36,018 nucleotides of DNA, from the IMG/VR virus record IMGVR_UViG_3300045988_025231; one strand, written 5' to 3'. Positions 1 through 7,082 of the stretch are shown here, one piece after another. Source of the stretch: a virus. Under the pieces are notes generated by a model, which saw only the letters and a list, made by a program, of their open reading frames with translations, ran no database searches and had not been told where the DNA came from. The position numbers were made by a program, and so were the translations under genes. How positions within the stretch are numbered: position 1 is the first letter of the stretch; each line of letters opens with the position of its first letter.

Positions 1-119
1 ATTTTTTTGGTTTTCTATAATTCCTTAAAAAATCTACATACGCTCTTTCCCTAGCCCTCTCGTAGATTGGGTGGTATAGTTCGGCAGTCTTCACTATAAA
101 ATCTTTTATCGGGTATTCA
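1..119. repeat. Exact terminal overlap, left copy (1-119 = 35900-36018). It marks a closed 35,899-bp genome.
   Basis: Read directly. The window opens ATTTTTTTGGTTTTCTATAATTCC..., and the same string restarts at 35900 and runs to the last base. The overlap lies inside one continuous minus-strand reading frame. Confidence 0.95.
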
Positions 120-298
120 AACTCTTCTCCGAAAAACTCTAATACTAGATGCCTTGCAAATACCTCCTTCACTGTGAGGCGCAATGGGGATGAAAACTTA
201 TTAAATGCTTCGATGGCTGACTTGCATCGTGCTATGCCCTCCGTTACAGCATCATAATAAAACTTTTCGAGCGCACATAGATTCACTTTTTTCTCCAT
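1..298 (-). CDS. N-terminal part of the first early gene (HTH DNA-binding protein). It continues at 35899 downwards through the circular junction. The full gene is 501 nt, 166 aa.
   Basis: ATG at 298-296. Hand translation gives MEKKVNLCALEKFYYDAVTEGIARCKSAIEAF...EYPIKDFIVKTAELYHP, which joins in frame to the 35697..35993 track ORF. The track ORF begins only at an internal GTG because the window ends there. Confidence 0.75.
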   Translation of the reverse strand, partial: MEKKVNLCALEKFYYDAVTEGIARCKSAIEAFNKFSSPLRLTVKEVFARHLVLEFFGEEFEYPIKDFIVKTAELYHPIYERARERAYVDFLRNYRKPKK

Positions 299-423
299 TG
301 CTTTCGGTTTTTAAAATTCAGCGAGCCCGTCTATCTCCGTAGTGGTCCTTTGTTCACCACAATTATTTCCTCAGCCAATCGTAGGTGACTGAACGTCTGA
401 TTATCGGTTTACGATTACGCTGA

Positions 424-454
424 CAAAGGTACGGCTTTTATTTTAATTTGCAAC
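424..454 (-). promoter_or_regulatory. Putative early-operon promoter (Bacteroidota type). -7 TACCTTTG at 431-424, -33-like GTTG at 454-451, 19-nt spacer.
   Basis: Minus strand reads GTTGCAAATTAAAATAAAAGCCGTACCTTTG, about 125 nt upstream of the ATG at 298. A CTAATAAACGTTAA box (494-479), shared with the three early cassettes, lies just upstream. Confidence 0.45.
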
Positions 455-505
455 AATCTGCACAAAATAATTTCAGTATTTAACGTTTATTAGCATGAAA
501 AACCT

Positions 506-886
506 ATCAAATCACTGTAACTCACTGATAATCAGATAATATGCGATGCCGTGCATTGATGTGCATAGATGAAAATTGGCATCTATTCCGTGTAACTTCC
601 TGCAGATCAGACCGATGCAGTGATGCATTGATAAAATCGGATTTTTCTATAATATACATAAATATGGTGTGTGCGATAATATATAATTACAATATACCTG
701 TTTTCATATATTTAATAATACCTCATTTTATCTATGCATCAATGCAAATATCTATAAATCAGTTAGTTATCCTGCACAGATACAAAAATATTCAACAATG
801 CCTATCAATGCAGCTTGCGCATCACAATGGTTTGTAGCAACTTACGTGCATACTCGAATCTACGGATATACTATATACCTTACAAA
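506..886. repeat. Non-coding element, copy A (diverged duplicate of 21443-21808). It carries GCATTGAT/ATCAATGC motif arrays around an AT-rich core.
   Basis: Conserved blocks shared with copy B: 506-529, 551-571, 705-781 (about 93% identical to 21628-21703), 804-845 and 860-886. GCATTGAT at 553 and 625; ATCAATGC at 738 and 804. Confidence 0.85.
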
Positions 887-1456
887 TCAGTCGAAATTGG
901 CTGAAAATGTCACGTGAAGCCTGTTTTTAGGGTTTCTGTTAGTTACGGTAGTCAGTATCTTAGGCTTGCCAATCCGGAAGAACAGGAACCGTTTCTGCTT
1001 GACATGGCTGATTACGGCTAGTGAGTCAACCGACGAATTGTTAATTTCTGTAGAATCCGGTGACACTTTCCCTTCTATTCTGTTCCACCCATCATAGTAT
1101 TCGAATCGGTAGATACCTGGAATTGTATCCCGGATAGTCTTGGTAACGGTGTGTATCTCTAGCTTGGTTTCTACGGTGTGTGCTGACTTGACATCCCGTA
1201 GCTTTATCTTTAGGTCCTTCACGGTTTCCTGCAAGTCGGAGTTGAATAGCTCCAGCTCCGATTTCTTCAAGGACAGCGAGCGTATCTGCTCAGCAAACTG
1301 TCCGTTTTCCGTCCTGTACCGCATAGCCTCAATGTTCAAGGCTTCAATGTTACTCTGTTTACGGTCCAATTCGACCTTCTGTCGCTCTACCTTATTAAAA
1401 AGGAAGCCCACTGCTATTACTAGCAGCAGGCATGCGATAATCAAGTACTTTCTCAT
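887..1456 (-). CDS. Membrane-anchored coiled-coil protein; putative spanin-like lysis accessory protein.
   Basis: The ATG at 1456 overlaps the amidase stop (ATGA). N-terminal TM helix YLIIACLLLVIAVGFLF, then a heptad-rich charged segment and a beta-rich C-terminus. It is the last gene of the lysis cassette. The longer track start (1519) lies inside the amidase gene. Confidence 0.45.
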   Translation of the reverse strand: MRKYLIIACLLLVIAVGFLFNKVERQKVELDRKQSNIEALNIEAMRYRTENGQFAEQIRSLSLKKSELELFNSDLQETVKDLKIKLRDVKSAHTVETKLEIHTVTKTIRDTIPGIYRFEYYDGWNRIEGKVSPDSTEINNSSVDSLAVISHVKQKRFLFFRIGKPKILTTVTNRNPKNRLHVTFSANFD

Positions 1457-1959
1457 GGTGTGATTATTACGTCCTTCTTTAGCAGCCCGTACTCGCTTCT
1501 CACATCGAAGCAGGGGCATGCCTTAATATACTCTGCTGGTTCTACTTCCCCATTTCCGTTCAAATCCGGAGATGTATCCCGATGTCCCAGCAATTCGACA
1601 ATCGGATATCGTGCGCAAATATCGTTGATAAGGTTTATCAAGGCTTCTTTCTGCTGCGGTGTGCGGGTATCCTTCGCTTTCCCGTTCTTGCCCAGCCCGC
1701 CTACGTAGCAGATACCGATTGAATGGTGGTTGTATGATTCTTTGGAGGATCCCTTAGTATTACAGTGAGCACCTACGGATGTTTCCTTTCTACCCGGTTC
1801 TACTGTTCCGTCCAAACGGATCACGTAATGATAACCGATTCCGTTGAATCCTCGCTGTTTGTGCATGGCGTCAATTTCCTTTGCGCCTATGTCTTGCCCT
1901 TCACGTGTAGCACTGCAATGGATAATAATTGCGTCTACCTTATTGGTGTTGTTTACCAT
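1453..1959 (-). CDS. N-acetylmuramoyl-L-alanine amidase (Amidase_2/PGRP, T7-lysozyme-like endolysin).
   Basis: Motifs IIIHCSAT, GYHYVI, GAHC, ICYVGG, LLGHRD and KACPCFD fit the Zn-binding His/His/Cys pattern of the family. I prefer the ATG at 1959 (MVNNTNK); the track start at 1986 is a GTG. Confidence 0.85.
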   Translation of the reverse strand: MVNNTNKVDAIIIHCSATREGQDIGAKEIDAMHKQRGFNGIGYHYVIRLDGTVEPGRKETSVGAHCNTKGSSKESYNHHSIGICYVGGLGKNGKAKDTRTPQQKEALINLINDICARYPIVELLGHRDTSPDLNGNGEVEPAEYIKACPCFDVRSEYGLLKKDVIITP

Positions 1960-2212
1960 CCTTAGTTTCCTCCTTCCGGTTTTCACCGATGTTAAAGTTT
2001 TTGAAATAACTCTCTATTTTCCCACGAACGTAGATACTTATGCCAAAGATTGATCCAGCCCATATTAGGCATTGTGCAAAATACCACAACACGGATTCGT
2101 GGATTGAACCATCTTCGGACCTAAAGAAGCCCAAATAACACAATACAACTCCCGAAATCAGCATTCCGACAGCCGTAATGATTTGCAGGTCTTCTTTCAC
2201 CCCCCCTTTCAT
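1940..2212 (-). CDS. Putative holin (two TM helices plus a charged C-terminal tail).
   Basis: 90 aa. Hydrophobic segments IITAVGMLISGVVLCYLGFF and VLWYFAQCLIWAGSIFGISIY, and a Lys/Glu-rich tail. It lies immediately upstream of the amidase gene and overlaps it. Confidence 0.6.
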   Translation of the reverse strand: MKGGVKEDLQIITAVGMLISGVVLCYLGFFRSEDGSIHESVLWYFAQCLIWAGSIFGISIYVRGKIESYFKNFNIGENRKEETKDGKQHQ

Positions 2213-2223
2213 AATTATATGTG

Positions 2224-2760
2224 TTAGTTAATAAAACATATGCGGTACTTTTGAGGCTTGCAGCACTCGTTTTCCTGTGGTTTTATAGATTCTTTGTACT
2301 TTTCGTAAACGGTGTGGAAGTCCTCTAAAAATGCATCCGCTTTCCCTTTTTCTGCCTCGTAGCGTCTACTTTTAGAGTTGTCCGGAACAATCACCGATGC
2401 CGAATAGCCGGGAATCTTGAATCCCGTGGACGTGCTTTTCTGATCAGCGTCCTTGACGTACCGAGCAAAGGCATAATAACACAGGATTGTGGACAGTGGA
2501 ACAATCTCGTAAGACTCCTCGCCCACGTCAACAGTGAGCGAATAGGCGTCATCTGAAGTAGACGAATCCGGAATGTCTCCGCCATCCAAACCACCGCCAA
2601 ACGAAGCGGGAACCTTGATAAAGGTGTCACCGCATAGACCCTGCTTGATGTCGAGTTTATCGGCTTCTTGGATGACCTTGTTGATCTCGGAGTCCTTAAC
2701 ATCAGCAGCGATGCTAAAGATATCCCGGAATTTCTTGATTACATTTGCAAAGTTAGCCAT
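2224..2760 (-). CDS. Hypothetical late protein (possible head-tail adaptor); Cys-rich C-terminus.
   Basis: 178-aa ORF with an ATG start, directly downstream of portal. The N-terminal helical region resembles connector-type proteins only loosely. Confidence 0.4.
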   Translation of the reverse strand: MANFANVIKKFRDIFSIAADVKDSEINKVIQEADKLDIKQGLCGDTFIKVPASFGGGLDGGDIPDSSTSDDAYSLTVDVGEESYEIVPLSTILCYYAFARYVKDADQKSTSTGFKIPGYSASVIVPDNSKSRRYEAEKGKADAFLEDFHTVYEKYKESIKPQENECCKPQKYRICFIN

Positions 2761-2765
2761 ATCGA

Positions 2766-3911
2766 TTAAACATTAGTTATTGTAGCCGTTTCAGTTTCCT
2801 CAAGTTCGTTTCGAATTTCGCAAAATTCTTTCGGAACATCGAAAACTCTAGCTAGTTCACGGCTTATTTTGTTACGCAATTTAACGGTTGACCTACGGTA
2901 TACCTTCTGCATCTCTCGCACCACCTCTCCGGAGGCATTTGAAAATGAGATCAGAGAAGAATCAACGAGCGGGATCGGAATGTTGTAGGCTTGTGAAGCG
3001 ATATCCTTCTTCAATGGTTCGCAATAAGCCTTGTACAAGTTAGAGTCAATCGGTGTGCCCAAGTCATCCACCTTGATAAATGGACGGGATTGCGGGATCA
3101 TCGTGTTGTCATCACGGACCATCACTACCGCTCCTGCACCTTCAGCACCCATGATGTCACGCATACCTTTGACGAATTCATCCTGTTCTTTCTCGTCAGT
3201 AAAGTCACCGTGAGAGACGATTTTGCACATGTGGAATCCTCGTGTAAGAGTGCGTTCCACGTAGGTGGAGTTCATCGCTTCAGCTTGCATCTCTGATTGT
3301 ACCGCGTGGAACGGAGAAAGCGGATAGGGCTTGGTGGTGCAGAAATTCATGTATAGCAACTGACCGGGATGGTTTTCGATGCCACCGTAAAACTCGCATT
3401 CGCTGGCGAAGTTGTCCGGATCGAATGCCGGATAAGTCACCGAGGTTTTTTCAAGAGTCGTGCTTTTGATGTTCTGACGTTCCCAGTTGTTGAATACCAC
3501 GTACTTGTGGATGACGGGATTTGTCAGATAATCCTTGTTCAGCCCCGCACGAACATATTCAAAGGGAACATGGTAGACAGCTTTCGGACGGTAATCACCT
3601 CCGTATTGGACGATAAGCGCAGCACCGCGAAACCTTGCGATATCGTATGCTATGGAATTCAACACATCGTTCAATGTGTCCCCATAGGCGTTCTCTATGT
3701 TTGCGAATTCTTCATGCAAGAATCCTTCGCATTCTATTGCCTCGGACAATCTCTCGGTGCTTAGAGCGGCTGTTTTGCTCGCATAAATGAGTTCAGAAAT
3801 GATTTGGGGATACAGGTTTCCTTCCCCGTATCCCACAACTTTCTCATTTGTGCGTGCGCTCGTCTTTAAAGCCCTGTCTATTACTACATTTACTTTCTTG
3901 TGCGCTATCAT
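2766..3911 (-). CDS. Portal protein.
   Basis: About 381 aa. N-terminal YGEGNLYPQIISELIYASKTAALSTERLSEAI, and a later GAEGAGAVVMV ... DIASQAYNIPIPLV block, match the general portal-family pattern. ATG at 3911; the track begins one codon earlier at a GTG. Confidence 0.6.
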   Translation of the reverse strand: MIAHKKVNVVIDRALKTSARTNEKVVGYGEGNLYPQIISELIYASKTAALSTERLSEAIECEGFLHEEFANIENAYGDTLNDVLNSIAYDIARFRGAALIVQYGGDYRPKAVYHVPFEYVRAGLNKDYLTNPVIHKYVVFNNWERQNIKSTTLEKTSVTYPAFDPDNFASECEFYGGIENHPGQLLYMNFCTTKPYPLSPFHAVQSEMQAEAMNSTYVERTLTRGFHMCKIVSHGDFTDEKEQDEFVKGMRDIMGAEGAGAVVMVRDDNTMIPQSRPFIKVDDLGTPIDSNLYKAYCEPLKKDIASQAYNIPIPLVDSSLISFSNASGEVVREMQKVYRRSTVKLRNKISRELARVFDVPKEFCEIRNELEETETATITNV

Positions 3912-3926
3912 CACTAAATGGTTTGA

Positions 3927-4490
3927 TTACTTTTCTTCGTTCAGTTCTTTCTCAAGGTCTTCAAGCACCTTGTCATCTTCGGGAGCAGCAGGTGTTTCCT
4001 CCTTCGGAGTATCCTCAGTTTCCGGGATCACCGTCGGTGTGTCTTCCGCACCTTCCTCCTCGGTTTCTGCGCCTTCTTCCTCGGTTTCTGCGCCATCCTC
4101 CCCATCTGTTTCCGGGATTACTGTAGGAGTATCCTCAACTACGCTCTGACCGGGAAGAACGAATTCGCCAAGGTCCTCGAAATAATTGACGTATTCCCTA
4201 TTCTCGCGCATCAATCGGGCTGCGATCGCGTCGGTACAGTTGAATGCACGGTAAACGATGCCGTCTCCTACGTGATTGATCGACATCCCCGGCTTCATGA
4301 CGTAACGGGCATGCACACCGTTGATGTAGTGTTCCTTGTACCAGCGTTCCGCATAAGCGCGGTCCATGTGACACACAGGATCGAGTTTCAGATGAGTCAT
4401 CCGCACGCACAGTTTCAGAATTTCTACGCTGTCCGTTAACTGTACCAATTCTCTCATCGGTTGGATATCTTTAGTTTTTCTCTTAGCCAT
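3927..4490 (-). CDS. Hypothetical late protein with a strongly acidic, internally repeated C-terminal tail.
   Basis: 187-aa ORF with an ATG start. The C-terminal 70 aa are Glu/Asp/Thr/Pro-rich with duplicated EDTPTVIPET and GAETEEE units. Confidence 0.55.
   Translation of the reverse strand: MAKRKTKDIQPMRELVQLTDSVEILKLCVRMTHLKLDPVCHMDRAYAERWYKEHYINGVHARYVMKPGMSINHVGDGIVYRAFNCTDAIAARLMRENREYVNYFEDLGEFVLPGQSVVEDTPTVIPETDGEDGAETEEEGAETEEEGAEDTPTVIPETEDTPKEETPAAPEDDKVLEDLEKELNEEK
4011..4136 (-). repeat. In-frame tandem/direct repeats encoding the acidic tail (21-bp unit x2, flanked by a ~30-bp direct repeat).
   Basis: The plus strand shows ccttc(c/t)tcctcggtttctgcgcc twice, flanked by gtttccgggat(c/t)ac(c/t)gt(c/a)gg(t/a)gt(g/a)tc(t/c)tc twice. 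Confidence 0.85.
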
Positions 4491-4498
4491 GTTGATTA

Positions 4499-5026
4499 TT
4501 ACTTTTTAAGATTGTTGTACTGCTCCGCAGTGATGATGTAGCGATAGTCGCCACAAGAACCATCCGGAGTCTTAAGAGTCGCGGTTGTAACACCGTCTGT
4601 TGCGCTGTCAGTTACCATATCGGAAACCTCCATAGGTGAATGTGCCCCTAACAGATAGTATTGGTTGGTCTTGGTTCTGACCGCCAGAAGGAACGATCCG
4701 GACAGCAAACCGTTGATATAGGTTACAACGGGAAGCGCAGAAAGCAACTTGATGTTTGCCGTGATTTCCAACATAGTAGGAGCGTTATCATTCTGACGAG
4801 CAGCCTCAGTAATCTGTACGGAGTTCTTCACGCATTGGATAGTGTAGCCACGGGTCCCGCCCTTCAAGGTGATGGTGACTGTTCCCGCTGTCGGGGAAGC
4901 CGCGATACTTGACACATCCGCGTGGTTGATGATCACAGCCTCTTCTACGCCCGATATCCCGGATATCAGACCAGGATTGTTACAGTCGAAGCCTAGATCA
5001 CTAGATATTTTCTTGATACATGCCAT
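4499..5026 (-). CDS. Structural protein, paralogue 3 of 3 (175 aa); function unassigned (tail tube or head accessory candidate).
   Basis: Shares length, the MAC...C N-terminus and the C-terminal T(V/T)T(M/L)KTPDG motif with the two upstream genes. Confidence 0.6.
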   Translation of the reverse strand: MACIKKISSDLGFDCNNPGLISGISGVEEAVIINHADVSSIAASPTAGTVTITLKGGTRGYTIQCVKNSVQITEAARQNDNAPTMLEITANIKLLSALPVVTYINGLLSGSFLLAVRTKTNQYYLLGAHSPMEVSDMVTDSATDGVTTATLKTPDGSCGDYRYIITAEQYNNLKK

Positions 5027-5028
5027 GA

Positions 5029-5553
5029 TTATCCCGCTTTAGCAATTAATGTATTCCAAGTCGATTCCGTAATGGTCGCTCTAGCCTCGCCAAGAACATT
5101 TTCCGGAGTCGATATGGTGATGGTTGTGAAGCCACCATTTTCGTTAGCCGATTCTTCCAGCGCGGAAACTTCCAAACCATGGTTGCAACCGAAGATACGG
5201 TAAACACCGTTTTCGATCATCTTGGCTACCGCTACAAGTCTTGAGTTGATGATCGTGTTGACAAAGTCAGCCTCCACCTTGGATTTCTTGTAGACTGTAA
5301 AGTTTACGGATTGTTCCAGCGCATTAGGCGCATTCTCGTTTGATCTTACTGCTTCGGTCGCATTAGCTCCCTTCCGGATGGATGCGACTCTCACAGGTTT
5401 TGCGCTGACTACCATCGTGATGGTCGCTTCTCCTGCGTTGATAGCTACTGACTGGACGTCAGAGTAGTTGATCAGCAGCAAATCGGCAATCCCAACAGCA
5501 CCGCCTAAGCAGTCATAGGTGATAGCACCTGTAATATTACTTATACATCCCAT
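5029..5553 (-). CDS. Structural protein, paralogue 2 of 3 (174 aa).
   Basis: MGCISNITGAITYDCLGGAVGIADLLLIN aligns with MACLTKLNKAIVFGCAGGAIGLSELLLVN of paralogue 1. GGFTTITISTP aligns with GGFTTVTMKTP. Confidence 0.6.
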   Translation of the reverse strand: MGCISNITGAITYDCLGGAVGIADLLLINYSDVQSVAINAGEATITMVVSAKPVRVASIRKGANATEAVRSNENAPNALEQSVNFTVYKKSKVEADFVNTIINSRLVAVAKMIENGVYRIFGCNHGLEVSALEESANENGGFTTITISTPENVLGEARATITESTWNTLIAKAG

Positions 5554-5555
5554 AG

Positions 5556-6086
5556 TTACCCGGTTATTTTGTTAGCATTTAGATACGTCCAAGCAGTTGT
5601 GCTTGCCACCATCACAGAGTCGCCTCTTCCCCCGTCCGGAGTTTTCATCGTGACAGTAGTAAATCCTCCTGCTGAGGATGTGTCGGAGTCAGCACTTGCG
5701 GCTTCCAAGCCAGCCAGCCCTCCGGCTACCTTTATAACACCACCGTCTTTCAGCTTGCCGAACGCAACAAACTTGCCATTAAGCAGGGAATCCACGATTC
5801 TTGCGCCATCTTTTGACTTGTCGTAAACAGTAACGGTTACTGTCTGCTCCATGCCATTGGCAGCATCTAAGGATCGTATAGCCTCTGCGATCTTAACACC
5901 GTTCTTGTAGCAGTCGACTGCGTAAGCTTTTGCTCCGGAAACTAAGGCAATCGCTGTTACCTCGTTATCCACTACGGTGATAGATTGTATGTCAATTTTG
6001 TTTACGAGGAGAAGCTCGGACAAACCGATAGCTCCTCCTGCGCAGCCGAAAACGATAGCTTTATTGAGTTTAGTTAGACATGCCAT
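5556..6086 (-). CDS. Structural protein, paralogue 1 of 3 (176 aa).
   Basis: First gene after the capsid gene. Roughly 30% identical by eye to paralogue 2. Confidence 0.6.
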   Translation of the reverse strand: MACLTKLNKAIVFGCAGGAIGLSELLLVNKIDIQSITVVDNEVTAIALVSGAKAYAVDCYKNGVKIAEAIRSLDAANGMEQTVTVTVYDKSKDGARIVDSLLNGKFVAFGKLKDGGVIKVAGGLAGLEAASADSDTSSAGGFTTVTMKTPDGGRGDSVMVASTTAWTYLNANKITG

Positions 6087-6105
6087 TGTTTTCAGTTTTT
6101 AAGTT

Positions 6106-7053
6106 TTAGCCTCTCGCTTTAGTTGCGAGTTTCAAGATCTCCGGAACAGCCACCATTACGTCAGCAGCGAAGACAGTAGTAGAGTAGTACTTACGTGTCT
6201 GAGCGTCCTGCAAGAACGGTTTGATGTTGACATTGCTGTCTTCCAAAACGATTTGGATGTTTGTTTTCGGAGTAAATGCGATGAACGCTTCTGTTTTAGT
6301 AGTGTCAGCGATCATTGACGCAGATACGTGAGGCAGTTCGCTGATCTTGTATCCTTCCAAGTAGTACTCCGGTTTACCGTCCATCATGATCATCTGAGCA
6401 ATGTGGTTGTCCTTCTGTTGAACGAAGTCCTTGAAGATACGCATCACGTTAGATGTAACGAAGAACTCAGAGTTTTCTTTCTGATCCGGACGTTGGCTGT
6501 CGATCAATTTCTTCATTGTGCGAACAACTCCTGTAGTGTCGTTAGTGTCAAGAGTCAAGGTGAGGATATTCTCCGAACTGGTTTCCATCTGTTTCAAGAA
6601 ACCACCATTTTTGAAGATGTTGTACTCTACGGCAGCGTCTTTGTCGCCATCCAGCCAAGCCAAACGCAGCAAGTCAGCTTCCAGCACTTTCAGAACCTCT
6701 GATGCCATGAAGCCCGCCAATTCGGTTTCGCTGAAGTCGTCAGACAAATGGATTCCTTTAGCTACCATCTTGCCCCACAAGTCCTGCAAGCAAACCACGA
6801 TAGGCAATTCGACTGGCTGGAAGTCATAGTACTTCACCTTGTCAGCCATCTCGGTGTATTCGTATTTACCGTCACAGCCAGTAGACTTGCGCAATGCCTT
6901 GTCTTTGGCAGTGAAAGTCACGATAGGAGTTTTATTGTCGATACCAGCGAGCACGGTTGCGCCTCTCTGCATCTCCCCTACCAATCCGACAGTCAACGAG
7001 ATGATCTCGGAAAGACTGTCCATGTTAAGTTTATTCAAATCTGTAAATGTCAT
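6106..7053 (-). CDS. Major capsid protein (HK97-fold type).
   Basis: 315 aa, directly after the protease/scaffold gene. The segment LEADLLRLAWLDGDKDAAVEYNIFKNGGFL fits the conserved D..f..G.G....G.l region of HK97-family capsid proteins. Confidence 0.65.
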   Translation of the reverse strand: MTFTDLNKLNMDSLSEIISLTVGLVGEMQRGATVLAGIDNKTPIVTFTAKDKALRKSTGCDGKYEYTEMADKVKYYDFQPVELPIVVCLQDLWGKMVAKGIHLSDDFSETELAGFMASEVLKVLEADLLRLAWLDGDKDAAVEYNIFKNGGFLKQMETSSENILTLTLDTNDTTGVVRTMKKLIDSQRPDQKENSEFFVTSNVMRIFKDFVQQKDNHIAQMIMMDGKPEYYLEGYKISELPHVSASMIADTTKTEAFIAFTPKTNIQIVLEDSNVNIKPFLQDAQTRKYYSTTVFAADVMVAVPEILKLATKARG

Positions 7054-7082
7054 AGTCGTATAAGTTGTTAGATGTTAAGTTA

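Noticed and set aside
1-119. Terminal 119-bp direct repeat read as LTR-like or IS-type ends of a mobile element.
   Set aside because: The repeat is direct and exact, it lies inside a single reading frame that is only complete when the ends are joined, and no transposase or integrase is present. It is best explained as closure of a circular or permuted phage contig.
541-837. Plus-strand ORFs 541..837 (98 aa) and 21463..21687 (74 aa). Both end in ...FIYASMQISINQ, which could look like a conserved small protein.
   Set aside because: The shared peptide simply reflects the nearly identical DNA core of the duplicated non-coding element. Outside that core the two ORFs differ in frame and length and have low-complexity AT-driven composition. 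They would be the only plus-strand genes in the genome.
2391-2702. Same-strand nested alternative-frame ORFs (for example 2391..2702, 4198..4410, 7031..7264, 10952..11194, 19705..20043, 20428..20634, 23717..23920, 29108..29296, 31176..31394, 33219..33482).
   Set aside because: They are fully embedded in longer ORFs in another frame, have Arg/Ser/Cys-rich composition, and show no independent start context.
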